In this document: piece after piece, positions 35,037 through 45,465 of the stretch
How positions within the stretch are numbered: the stretch's first letter is position 1
Layout of the letters: each line of letters starts with the position of its first letter
Assembly: GCA_020809425.1 (NCBI GenBank)
Contig: JAGGDC010000002.1
Span: 260,334 to 324,333 of the forward strand
Direction of reading: 5' to 3'
Source: Candidatus Synoicihabitans palmerolidicus
GTDB lineage: Bacteria; Verrucomicrobiota; Verrucomicrobiia; Opitutales; Opitutaceae
DNA: 64,000 nt
Position numbers and translations under genes: made by a program
The notes under the pieces: generated by a model
The model's database searches: none
What the model saw: only the letters and a program-made list of their open reading frames with translations
What the model was told of the DNA's origin: nothing

Positions 35037-37419
35037 ATGAGGCCTTCTCCTCTCGTTCTCTCTCTCGCCTCGGCGTTGAGTATCGCCGTCTCGATCCCGG
35101 CTCAAACCGCTCCCACATCCACGGACGTGCTGCTGCTTGAAGCCGTTTCGGTCACCTCTCAAAAACGGGTCCAGGAAATCCAAGAGGTGCCGATTCCCGT
35201 CACCGCCTACACCGACACCGCCCTCGAGGTTCTGAGTATTCGCCAATACAAGGACCTCGCGCCGTTCGTACCGGGTTTCATGGTACAGGAACAATCGCCC
35301 AACAACCCCGGCATCAACATTCGCGGCGTGACCACCGACAGCGGCGATCCTCGTAGTAAAACCCGCGTCTCCCTTTTCCAGGACGGCGTTTCCATTAGCC
35401 GCTCCCGCGCGAGCGTCGTCGAATTGTTCGATCTGGAGCGGGTCGAAGTCCGCAAGGCACGCTGTTCGGCCGCGGCGCGGAAATCGGTGCGGTATCGCTC
35501 ATCCAAAAGAAAGCTCACGATGCCACGGAAACCCGTTTCACTTTGGGCACCGGCAACTACGGCCGCACGCTCATGGAGGGCATGTTTAACACGCCGAGCA
35601 TCGCCGACACCTTGTTCGGTCGCATCGCCTTCACTTCCAGCCAACGTGACGGCTACATTAAAAACGTCGCCGACGACTCCACCCTCAACGGTAAGGAAAC
35701 CGAGGCGCTGCGCGGCTCCCTGCGCTGGCAGCCAGTCGCGACCACCACGGTCAACTTTATTTTCAACTACCAACGGGACACCCCTCCCGGCACGTCCTTC
35801 AAGAGCGGCACCATCGCCCCTCCCGGTGGTGATACGTCCCCCCTACACTTTCGCCGCTCTCAATCGCGGCCGCGAGCTGCTCATCGATCGTTCGGTCTGG
35901 GGAGCCACCCTGCTCATCGACCACGAACTCACTCCGGCCTGGTCCCTGAGTAGCATCACGGGTTGGCGCGAATACGATTCGTTTGAGCAATTCGATACCG
36001 ATGGCTCCTTCGTCAACTTGCTCGAGTTCGCCGAAGACGCGTCCGGCGAACAGTTCAGTCAGGAGTTCCGCCTCAATTTCGACAACGACGGGCCATTCAT
36101 CGGCTTCGTTGGCACGGGCTACTTTCACGAGGAGGGCACTCAACGCGTGCCGTTCTACGCTAGCGAACAACAGATCTGACCGTTCCTGTCCGGAAGTTTC
36201 CGCAACGGTTTGATCGCCGGCGGAGTTCCCGCCGCCCTCGCCAATGCCGCCATCCCCGCCGTCAATCCTTTCGTTCCCGTCACGGCTTACCCGGCGTCCC
36301 TCGCACTCTTGGGCAATCCCGCGCTGCCCGCCTCCATCCAGGGGCTCTCCTTCCTCGCCAACGTCCCCCTCAAAGGCTCACACCTCGAAGAATACGCCAC
36401 CCATAGCGAGACCACGGCCTATGACGTGTTTGCCGATGGCACTTGGCGCCTGACGGATCGTTTCGAACTCACCGCAGGCATTCGCTTCACCGCCGAAGAC
36501 ATCACCTCCGGCTATGAGGCCAGTCGTCTGAGCGCGACGCCCGCGACCGTGGGCTTCATCCATCTGGGCGGGGCTGACAACGTCCTGTTCGCCCCCACCA
36601 ACGGCTTGCGCGAGGCCAGCGACGAATTCAACGGCTGGGTCGGGCGGCCTCAACGCACGCTTCGAGCTCAACGACCGCACCAGCGCCTACGCCAGTGCCT
36701 CTCGCGGTCGCCGTCCCGATACCATCACCGTCGGCGCCACCGGAGATCCGACCTACTTGCAGGAAGAGATCGTCTGGAACTACGAGCTGGACCTGAAGGG
36801 CGTCTCCGCCAATCGCCGTCTCAACTGGAGCACCGCCGCGTTCACCTACCAGTACCGCAACTTCCAAACGACCATCGCCGATCCTGCCAACCCCGGTCGC
36901 TTCATCGCCACCGACGCCGGCAACGCCACCGGCCTGGGCTTCGAAGCCGCCGTCCAAGGCGCCGTTACCGACCAGATCAGCGTGTTCGCGTCCTACGGCT
37001 ACACCGAGGCAACGTTCGACGATACGGGCGACAACGGCCAGGCCCAGCAGTTCGCCGGCTACTCCTTCCGTCTGACGGCCACAAACACCTTCGCCGTCGG
37101 CTCCACGCTGACGCTTCCCTTGGGCCGCAACGGGCAATGCTGGGTGACTCCAATTTTCCAATACAAGTCCAAGCACTACTTCGACGACAACAACGCCCAG
37201 TTCGATTACGGTCTGAGTGAGGACGGCTACAGTCTTTTCAATATTCGCGCCGGCTGGCGCTCACCCAATGGGCGCTGGGAACTCAATGGCTGGATCGAAA
37301 ACCTCACCGACGAAGACTATCTCATCGACGCCGGTAATACCGGAGGCGCCTTCGGCATCCCGATATTCATCGCCGGTGCGCCTCGCACCTGGGGCTTCAG
37401 CACGACCTTCAACTACTGA
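35037..37419 (+). pseudogene. TonB-dependent receptor, disrupted
   Basis: Signal peptide, VSVTSQKR..IQEVPI.VTA plug, DLERVEV, and C-terminal GAPRTWGFSTTFNY. Three frameshifts and a TGA at 36177. Confidence 0.9.
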
Positions 37420-37431
37420 CCCGTCCGTCCC

Positions 37432-39495
37432 ATGCTAAGACGCCAATTTCTACAACGTTTCCTCCAGGGCGCGGGCTGCTTCGCGGTCTCCGCCGCGCTG
37501 CCCTTCCGCTCGCGGCTCTGGGCCGCCCCGTCTGCTCAACCCAGGAAATTCCACTTCCCCCAGGGAATCGCTTCGGGTGACCCTTCGCCGTCAAGCGTGA
37601 TGCTCTGGACGCGGGTCGAGGCACTCACCGGGGCGATCGATCCCGTGGCGCTCGTCGTGCAAATCGCTCGTGACGCCCAGTTCGAACACCTCGTCGCCGA
37701 ACGCTCTCTCCTCGCCACCGAGGGCTCCGATCACACGGTCCGTGTGTCACGTCGATGCCCTCGCACCAGACACGATCTACTACTACCGGTTTCGAGCCGG
37801 GGCCGATGTAACCGCCCTCCTGGGTCGCACCCGCACCCGCCCCCCCACCCGACGCGGATCGCCCGGTAAACCTCGCCTTCGCCTCCTGCCAAAGCTACGA
37901 GGGCGGCTACTACGACGCATGGCACACCCTGGTAAACGAAGACCTCACGGCGCCGGCTGAAGCACAACTCGACTTCGTGTTGCACCTTGGTGACTTCATC
38001 TATGAGGCGCTGGTTTACGGCCATGCACGTCGCATCGATGGGTTGCCCAGCGGCGGAGGCACTCCTCCCGAATGGGCGGGCGGTGTCTACGCCCTCACCC
38101 TGGAAGACTACCGCTTCCTGTACAAAACCTACCTCCGTGATCCCGATCTGCAGGCCACCCGCGCTCGCTGGCCATTCATCAATACGTGGGACGATCACGA
38201 GTTCTCCGATGACTGCTGGCAATCGGTCTCGACCTACACCAATCAACCTCTCGCGGCACAACGCCGCCGGGTCGCGGCCAACCAAGCGTGGTTCTAGTTC
38301 ATTCCGGCCGTCCTGTCTGAAAATCCGGGCTCGGCCGGGGTCGCCAATCTCGCCCACGATTTCAAACCCACCACCGTCGCTGACGCGCCGTTGTCCGGCC
38401 GGGTTGACGACCATGGTATCGATCAGGAACCCAACAACGTGCGCGCGATCGAGTCGCTTTCCATCTACCGCTCCTTCCGTTTCGGGCGTCATGTTGAGTT
38501 GGTCGTCACCGACACACGTTCGCACCGCTCCGATCATCCGGTTCCCGCCGAACTCAATCAGCAGATTTCCGGTTCCGCCCGCTACGTCACGCCTTGGGAG
38601 ATTATTAAAATCTTCGACGTGGGTCGCACGTTTAATGGCGGCAACCCTCCCGCCGAAATTCCATTCGGCGGAAAAACGATCCCCAACGTGCGTCATGATT
38701 CCCCCGCCGGCAGCATGCTGGGCAGCACCCAGAAGGCTTGGTTCAAAGACATCATGCGTCGCTCCGATGCGACCTGGAAACGCTGGGGAAACTCCCTGCC
38801 CCTGCAACCGCTGCGCCTCGACTTCCACCATCTCGACCCAGCCAAAGGCGCCGAGCTGGCGTTCACCACGGACTGCTGGGACGGATTCCCATCCTAACGC
38901 GCCGAGTTGCTGGGTTTCCTCGCCACCGAGAGTATCAACAATGTGGGCTCCCTCACCGGCGACCACCACGCCCACTTCGCCGGCTCCATCGCCCCCGATT
39001 TCGACGCCGATGAACCTCATTGGGTTGGCGCCGAATTCGCCGTCGCCGGCATCAGCTCCCAAAGCGTCTTCGAGGGCGTGCTGGCATACACCAAACCCGA
39101 CAGCCCCCTACTGCCGCTGACGACCTTCAACACCGCCACCGGTCCGGTCGACAACCTCAACACCAGCTTCCTTTGGGGCACCAAGGCCGCCATGATTGCC
39201 GCCAAAACCGGCGGGGATCTCGACGCAGCGCGATCCGCCCGCAATCCGCGTCAAAATCGGCACCTCGCCTACTGCGATACCCATTCCTACGGGATCGCGC
39301 GCACTCGGGTGACGGAGTGATGCCATCCAGGTGGAACATCTTGCCATCGCAACGCCACATGAATCTCGCGGCGATGCCGGTGCCGAGCTGCTGCGTCGCG
39401 TACAGTTCAACCTTTCTGCCTGGCCCGCCGGTTCTCCTGCTCCCAAACTGGCCGAACCCACCATCGAGGGCACCAAACCCTACCCCCTGACATGA
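37432..39495 (+). pseudogene. phoD: PhoD-family alkaline phosphatase (Tat signal), disrupted
   Basis: MLRRQFLQ, FPQGIASGDP, LHLGDFIYE, WDDHEF, WDGFP and LTGDHH. Stops at 38295 and 38895 plus frameshifts. Confidence 0.9.
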
Positions 39496-40475
39496 GGCAC
39501 GCACTCATCGCGCTGGGGATCGGATTGTGCGCCTCCATCGCCGCGGCGAGTCCACCACTGGTCATCGCCCATCGTGGTGCCAGCGGCTACTTGCCGGAGC
39601 ACACCCTCGCCGCAGCTTCGTTCGCTCACGCCCTCGGCGCAGATTACATCGAGCAGGACGTCGTCCTGTCCCGCGACGACGAGCTGATCGTACTGCACGA
39701 CATTCACCTCGACACCACCACCGACGTCGCCACCCGCTTCCCGGATCGCCACCGCGCCGACGGTCGCTTCTACGCCATCGATTTCGATTGGGCGAAACTC
39801 CAGCAACTCGTCGTGCGAGAACGCTTCGATCCCGCTACCGGTCAGGCGGTGTTTCCTCAACGCTTTCCCTCCACCTCCGGTCCTTTTCGCCTGTGTCGCA
39901 TGGAAGAGCAAATCCAGCTTATCCAAGGTCTGAACCAAAGCACCGGGCGCGCAGTAGGTCTCTACCCCGAAATCAAAGCCCCCGCGTGGCACCTCGCCGC
40001 CGGCAAAGATCCGAGCCTCACCCTCCTCGCGCTGTTCGCCCGCTACGGCTACTCGGACGCAACCGATCTCGTCTTCGTGCAATGTTTCGAACCGGACGAA
40101 CTGAAACGTCTCCGCCGCGAAACCCACACCACGCTTAAGTTTGTCCAACTCATCGGCAACAACTCCTGGGGCGAGTCAGACGTCGACTTCGATGCCCTGC
40201 GCACGCCTACGGGCCAGGAGCATATCGCCACCTACGCCCAGAGCATCGTCCCAGCTCTGGGTCAAATTCTGACAGCTGACGGACAACCTCGACCGCTAGT
40301 CGCGACCGCCCACGAGTTCGGTCTGCTGGTGCACCCCTACACGGTGCGATCTGATGCCCTGCCTCCCGGCATTCCGCACGTGTCGGCCTTGCTCGAACTC
40401 TTGATCCAAGGTGCGCACGTTGACGGATTCTTCATCGACCAGGCCGACGCCGCAGTTGCATTTCTAGGCCGCTGA
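39492..40475 (+). CDS. glpQ: Glycerophosphodiester phosphodiesterase
   Basis: Signal peptide, IAHRGASGYLPEHTL, IEQDVV, LHDIHL, YPEIK and VHPYTVR; intact. Confidence 0.92.
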   Translation: MRHALIALGIGLCASIAAASPPLVIAHRGASGYLPEHTLAAASFAHALGADYIEQDVVLSRDDELIVLHDIHLDTTTDVATRFPDRHRADGRFYAIDFDWAKLQQLVVRERFDPATGQAVFPQRFPSTSGPFRLCRMEEQIQLIQGLNQSTGRAVGLYPEIKAPAWHLAAGKDPSLTLLALFARYGYSDATDLVFVQCFEPDELKRLRRETHTTLKFVQLIGNNSWGESDVDFDALRTPTGQEHIATYAQSIVPALGQILTADGQPRPLVATAHEFGLLVHPYTVRSDALPPGIPHVSALLELLIQGAHVDGFFIDQADAAVAFLGR

Positions 40476-40497
40476 AGTTTGGACTGACGGTCCCCGT

Positions 40498-40899
40498 ATG
40501 CCGCGCCCCCGTGAAAAGCCTGCCAAACCCGTCAATCGTCACCTCTGGCTGGTCGAACCTTTGGAGGATGACGCCTCGCTACTGGTCAAATCCATGTTCA
40601 GCGGCAAAGCGGTCTACCTCCATGGCCGATTCATCCTCTTCCTCGCCGACAAAGAAGAACCTTGGCGCGGCGTACTCGTCCCCACTGAGCGCGAACATCA
40701 ACCGTCGCTGATCGCCGACCGCCCCGCCCTCGCACCACACTCCGTCCTGCCCAAGTGGCTCTACCTGCCCGAAGCCGCCGACTCGTTCGAAGCCGACGCC
40801 CAATGGCTCGTCCAACGCGCTCGCGCCCACGACGAACGCGTCGGCATCATCCCCTCACACAAGAAAAGAAGCCTACGGAAGAAACGGGGAAAAATGTAG
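40498..40899 (+). CDS. TfoX-N-like hypothetical protein
   Basis: KSMFSGKAVYLHG...EPWRGVLVPT...LPKWLYLPE; intact. Confidence 0.55.
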   Translation: MPRPREKPAKPVNRHLWLVEPLEDDASLLVKSMFSGKAVYLHGRFILFLADKEEPWRGVLVPTEREHQPSLIADRPALAPHSVLPKWLYLPEAADSFEADAQWLVQRARAHDERVGIIPSHKKRSLRKKRGKM

Positions 40900-40928
40900 C
40901 CTTGCCGCGTATTCCGCCGGCCAAACCC

Positions 40929-41546
40929 CTACTCCTCCAGCTCCACGTTCCAGTAGGCCAGCTCGAGAAAGTCCTTCCACCGCTCACGCTGCTTGTTGTC
41001 GAGCACGAGCGAAATGACCGGTCGCCACTTCGGCCGGACCGGTTTCCGAATCAAGCGCATGTTGGCTTGATGCGGAAGACGGTTCGCCTTGCGCGAATTA
41101 CATTTGATGCACGAACAAACAATATTTTCCCAAGTCGTGCGTCCGCCTCGGTCTCGCGGAATCACGTGGTCCAAATTCAAATCCTCCCGGTCAAAGATTC
41201 GCCCACAATACTGGCAGGTATCCTTGTCCCGCTGAAACACGTTGCTGCGCGTCAGCTTAATTTCCTTTCGCGGCAACTTGTCGAAGAAACTCAGCAATAT
41301 CACCCGTGGAACCCTGACCGTCGTCCGCGGGGTATGCACCACGTCCATCTCGTCCAACGGCGGATTCGACACCGAGAAATCCATCCAGTCCAGAAACGAG
41401 AAGACCCGAAAGTCGTCCGTTGCGTGGTGCACCACCGACGCGTGCCCTCTCGCCAGTAACCCAAAGGCGCGTTTGGCGCCGATGACGTTCACCGCCTGCC
41501 AGAGACTATTTAAAACCAACACAGGTTGTTCAAGGACAGCTTCCAT
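40929..41546 (-). CDS. HNH endonuclease (McrA-like, zinc-binding)
   Basis: VLVLN, RD..TCQYCG, LDHVIPRDRGG.TTWENIVCSCIKCNSRKANR. Confidence 0.92.
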   Translation of the reverse strand: MEAVLEQPVLVLNSLWQAVNVIGAKRAFGLLARGHASVVHHATDDFRVFSFLDWMDFSVSNPPLDEMDVVHTPRTTVRVPRVILLSFFDKLPRKEIKLTRSNVFQRDKDTCQYCGRIFDREDLNLDHVIPRDRGGRTTWENIVCSCIKCNSRKANRLPHQANMRLIRKPVRPKWRPVISLVLDNKQRERWKDFLELAYWNVELEE

Positions 41547-41557
41547 GTCGGATTTTT

Positions 41558-41586
41558 AGAATAGTGCTCGAGCGATGACGTGTCAA
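41558..41586 (-). promoter_or_regulatory. Sigma70-type promoter of the HNH gene
   Basis: TTGACA-N17-TATTCT, ending 11 nt before the ATG. Confidence 0.7.
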
Positions 41587-41616
41587 GAAACACGCCGCAA
41601 CGACTTGGTTACGACC

Positions 41617-43463
41617 CATGGTCTTTTCCCGTGACGGGTGAAGTGATTGAAGGTCAGCGGTGTAACTTTGAGCTAAACCATTTGGCCGATTTTCGATCTG
41701 TTTCAGTGGGATGAAATCTAAAGGTGAAACGGAAAGGGAAGCGACGAACGCAACCCCGGAGCAGAAGCACTGGGATCGAAACGTGGAGGTGCGCATGGCC
41801 ACTGCGGCCGAGCAGGAGTGGTTCGACGCGCAGCTGCACGAGCGGCACTACTTGGGATCCGGGCATCCGGTGGGCGATTACCTGCGCCAGATTGTCGAAA
41901 GAGGGGGGCGGGCGGTGTGGCGCTGCTGGCGTGGGGTCCGGCCTGCTACGCGCTCAAGGACCGGGACCGGTGGGTGGGCTGGGATGCGACCCGCCGGGTC
42001 GAACGGCTTTCCCTGGTGGTGCAAAACCGCCGCTTTCTACTGCTCACCAAGCACGGCGAGGAGCCCAATTTCGCCTCCCAGGTGCTCGCGGCGGCCGTGC
42101 GCACGTTGCCGGGCCATTGGCAGGAACGCTTCGGCTATCGGCCGCTGCTAGCCGAAGACCTTCACCGACCCGGAGGCCTACCAAGGCACGTGCTACAGGG
42201 CCTCCGCGTGGGAGCCGGTCGGGACCAGCCAGGGTTACGAACGGCACCGAGGCGACTTTTACCGCGAGCACGGCAAACCCCATAGCACCTGTGGCTGCTG
42301 CGGCCCCTGCACCCCTCGGCCAAGGCCCTGCTGAGCGCCCCCGACCCCGCTTTGCCCGAGGACTGCCGGGCGGGACTGCGCCGCGCGCCCACCGGCACCC
42401 TGCCGCTCAAAAACGGCCAGTTGCCCTCTCTGTGGGAGGCCTTGTGCGGCGTGCCCGATCCGCGCGCCAAAAACACCCGCTTCAAGATCGGTCCGGTTCT
42501 TGGCATCATGGCGCTCGCGCTGCCTGCCGGCCGGCGCGACATCGCGTCGATCGCTCGTATGGCCAACCTGCTCGACCAAGACCAGCACTTCGCCCTGGCC
42601 CTGCCCCGTGAGGCCGGCAAAAAGGTCCGCCTGGCCCCCAGGTACAGCGTGTTTTACGACGTGCTCACCCGGCTAGATCCGGAGGCCTTTGCCCAGGCCC
42701 TCACAACCGCTGGCTCACAGCCCACGCCGGTGCCCTGCCCGGAGCGCTCGCCCTGGCCATCGTCGATCAAAAGGAAAACACCCCGCGCAGTGAACAGGCC
42801 CGCGCCGGTGAGGTGTTGGCCGCCGCGTCGTTAGACGAGCAGATCGTCACACCGGCGACGCCTTGCACGCCACCCGCGAGCAGGCCCGCACCATCGTGGA
42901 AAAAGGCGGCGAGTATGTGCCCCAGATCAGAGGCAACCAACCTCAGCTGAGCGCGCTGGTCCCGCGCGCCCGGACCGTTCCACCCCCCTTTTTTGAGCTG
43001 ACCGATCCGAGTCGGGGCCGCGTGACCACCTGGCGGGTGTCCGTGGTGGTGGCCACGCCCTCGCAAGCCGACTACCCCGGGCTGCGCAGCCTGGTGCTCG
43101 TGGACAAAACCACGGTGCGAAAACGCGACCTCACCGAAAGTTGCGAGCAACACGCCTACGCCAGCAACCTGGCACCCGCAGAACGCAGCCCTGCGCAAAT
43201 GCTCGCCTTGATCCGCGGGCACTGGGGCGGAGTGGAGATCCGCAACCACTGGCGCCGCGACGCCTGCTGGCGCGAAGACCACTCGCGTACCCGCAACGTC
43301 AACGCCCCCTGGCCAACCTCGCCCTCTTGCGCAGCGTCCTGCTGCGCGTCTGCGCCCAACACTGGCCCGAGCGGCCCCTGCCGCACGTCTTCGAATCCTG
43401 CCAACATTCCACGCATATCTCCCTGCGCGCCATCCGTTCCCATTCCTAACACAAAAGACCATG
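41617..43463 (+). mobile_element. ISAs1-like element encoding a DUF4338 (DruA-like) domain fused to a DDE transposase, degenerate
   Basis: 11-bp inverted repeats CATGGTCTTTT / AAAAGACCATG and a perfect 10-bp target duplication GGTTACGACC (41607-41616, 43464-43473). DUF4338 motifs HYLG, RDRWVGW, NRRFLLL, PNFAS and GTCYRA. ISAs1 motifs VPDPR, DALH, GNQP and IRGHWGGVEIRNHW.RD...ED. Confidence 0.9.
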
Positions 43464-43533
43464 GGTTACGACCCTCGACGCCGCAATTCCCTCGCAGGAA
43501 TGCGGTCGTCGAAAATCCTACCGTCCCCTCGGC

Positions 43534-45282
43534 CTACTCGCCCGCTTCCGCCGCCGGCACAGGCTGCACCGTCACACCCTTCATACGGACGCCGGCCAAT
43601 TTCTGCAGGACTTCATCCACCGCCTTATCAGACACATCGACCAAGGAATGGCGCTGCTTGATATCAATCGCTCCCACCACATTGGCCGGCAGTCTCGTCA
43701 CTCCGGCGATCTTGCCCACCAGATCCGACGGCGTGATCAACTGCTTGCGACCAATGTTAAAAAACACCGTCGTATAACCTTCCTCGCGGCCCGTGCGGCC
43801 CGGACGATCAAAAGCTTCCTTGTCCTGACGCGGTCCGCTTTCGCTATCATTACCCCGGCCACGATCATCGCCGCCCCCGTAGCCTCCGCGCCCGGCATCG
43901 CCGCGACCGCGGGACTCACCACCTCGTCCGCCAGAGGATGACTCGAAGCGCGCAGACCGTTCCGGCGCGGGCTTCTCCTTCGTCTTGGGCTCACTCGCCG
44001 TGTTCATGAGGTGAATCAACGCCGACGCGATGTCCGTGCTAGCATACCCCTGCTCCAGCAACCGATCGATCATGCGTTCGCATTTCTGGTATTTCGCCTC
44101 TTCCAAGGTCGTCCGCAGTTTCTCATAAAACGCATGCTCCCGCGCTTCTTCCACTTGATCCAGCGACGGCAACCGTTCGCGCCGCAGATTCAGTTTTCCG
44201 TAGCGAATCATGCCCTGCAATTTATAGAGCTCACGCCCCGACACAAAAGTGAACGCCCGCCCCGACTTGCCGGCCCGGCCGGTACGGCCGATGCGGTGAG
44301 TGTAGTCCTCCGCATCATTCGGCAGATCAAAATTAAACACCACTTCGAGGTCATCCACGTCGAGTCCACGGGCCGCGACATCCGTCGCCACGAGAAACTC
44401 AAATCCGCGCCGTTTAAACTTCTCCGTCACGCGATTTCTTTGCGTCTGGCTGATGTCGCCATGCAACCGGTCCGTCGCATAACCCCGCGCATGCAGGTGC
44501 TCGTCCAACTCGTCCACCATGATCTTGGTCGAACAAAACACGATGCCGTGCCGAAAATCATGCAAATCGATCAACCGCGTCAGCGCTTCGATCTTCGAAC
44601 GGCGATCGACCTCAAAAAACACCTGATCCACCGACGGCGCATTCAACGCCTTCGCTTCGATCTTCACCGCAGCCGGGTTACTGGTGTAACGACCTATCAG
44701 GTCGCGAATCAATTTCGGCATCGTGGCCGAGAAAAACAGCGACTGCCTTTCCGGCGGGGTCGAGGCCAACACTTTCTCAATGTCGTCCCGGAACCCCATG
44801 TCCAACATACGATCGCACTCGTCCAAAATCACCATCTTCAGGTGATCAAAAACCAGCGTGCCTCGCTCCATGTGGTCCATGACCCGGCCTGGCGTGCCGA
44901 TCACGATCTGCGCTCCCGCCTTCAGCGCCCGATACTGACGGTCATAGCTCTGACCACCATAAATCGGCACCTCCATCACCCCGCGCTTGAACGAGGCCAA
45001 CTTGTTGACCTCCTCCGCCACCTGCACCGCCAACTCACGGGTCGGACACAAAATAAGCGCCTGCACTTTCTTCAACTTCGGGTCCACCCGCTCGATCGCC
45101 GGGATGGCAAAAGCAACCGTCTTACCGGATCCTGTAGCCGATTGGCCCACGACGTTTCGTCCCTCCAATAAGAGCGGAATTACCGCAGTTTGTATAGGAG
45201 ACGCCTCCTCAAAACCCATCTTATCGACGGCCTTGAGAATCTCGGGGGAAAGACCGAGTTCGGCAAATTCACGCTTTTCCAT
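43534..45282 (-). CDS. deaD: DEAD-box RNA helicase with DbpA RNA-binding domain
   Basis: Q motif, TGSGKT, PTRELA, DECD, SAT, HRIGRTGRAG and a C-terminal DbpA domain. Confidence 0.9.
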   Translation of the reverse strand: MEKREFAELGLSPEILKAVDKMGFEEASPIQTAVIPLLLEGRNVVGQSATGSGKTVAFAIPAIERVDPKLKKVQALILCPTRELAVQVAEEVNKLASFKRGVMEVPIYGGQSYDRQYRALKAGAQIVIGTPGRVMDHMERGTLVFDHLKMVILDECDRMLDMGFRDDIEKVLASTPPERQSLFFSATMPKLIRDLIGRYTSNPAAVKIEAKALNAPSVDQVFFEVDRRSKIEALTRLIDLHDFRHGIVFCSTKIMVDELDEHLHARGYATDRLHGDISQTQRNRVTEKFKRRGFEFLVATDVAARGLDVDDLEVVFNFDLPNDAEDYTHRIGRTGRAGKSGRAFTFVSGRELYKLQGMIRYGKLNLRRERLPSLDQVEEAREHAFYEKLRTTLEEAKYQKCERMIDRLLEQGYASTDIASALIHLMNTASEPKTKEKPAPERSARFESSSGGRGGESRGRGDAGRGGYGGGDDRGRGNDSESGPRQDKEAFDRPGRTGREEGYTTVFFNIGRKQLITPSDLVGKIAGVTRLPANVVGAIDIKQRHSLVDVSDKAVDEVLQKLAGVRMKGVTVQPVPAAEAGE

Positions 45283-45465
45283 ACTTGAGCCTTACTGGTT
45301 CCCTCGCCCGCAAGCGATCAGAATTATATAAACCCTTCAACTGCCCTCTTCTGACCCTCCGTTTGGCCGCTCCTTTCCTCTTTCTCGTCCCCAAAGTTCC
45401 ATCGGACGGTTCGATGCCCGTTTCTTTTGCCTCGCCATCGCCAAAAAACCCGTCCGCTTCGCCAT

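Noticed and set aside
40929-43463. HNH plus DruA-like domain as a Druantia or other defence island, or an RNA-guided IscB-like system
   Set aside because: DUF4338 lies inside the IS boundaries and the HNH gene lies outside. There is no DruE-like helicase (the neighbours are ordinary RNA helicases). The HNH protein has no RuvC motifs and I see no adjacent ncRNA or array.
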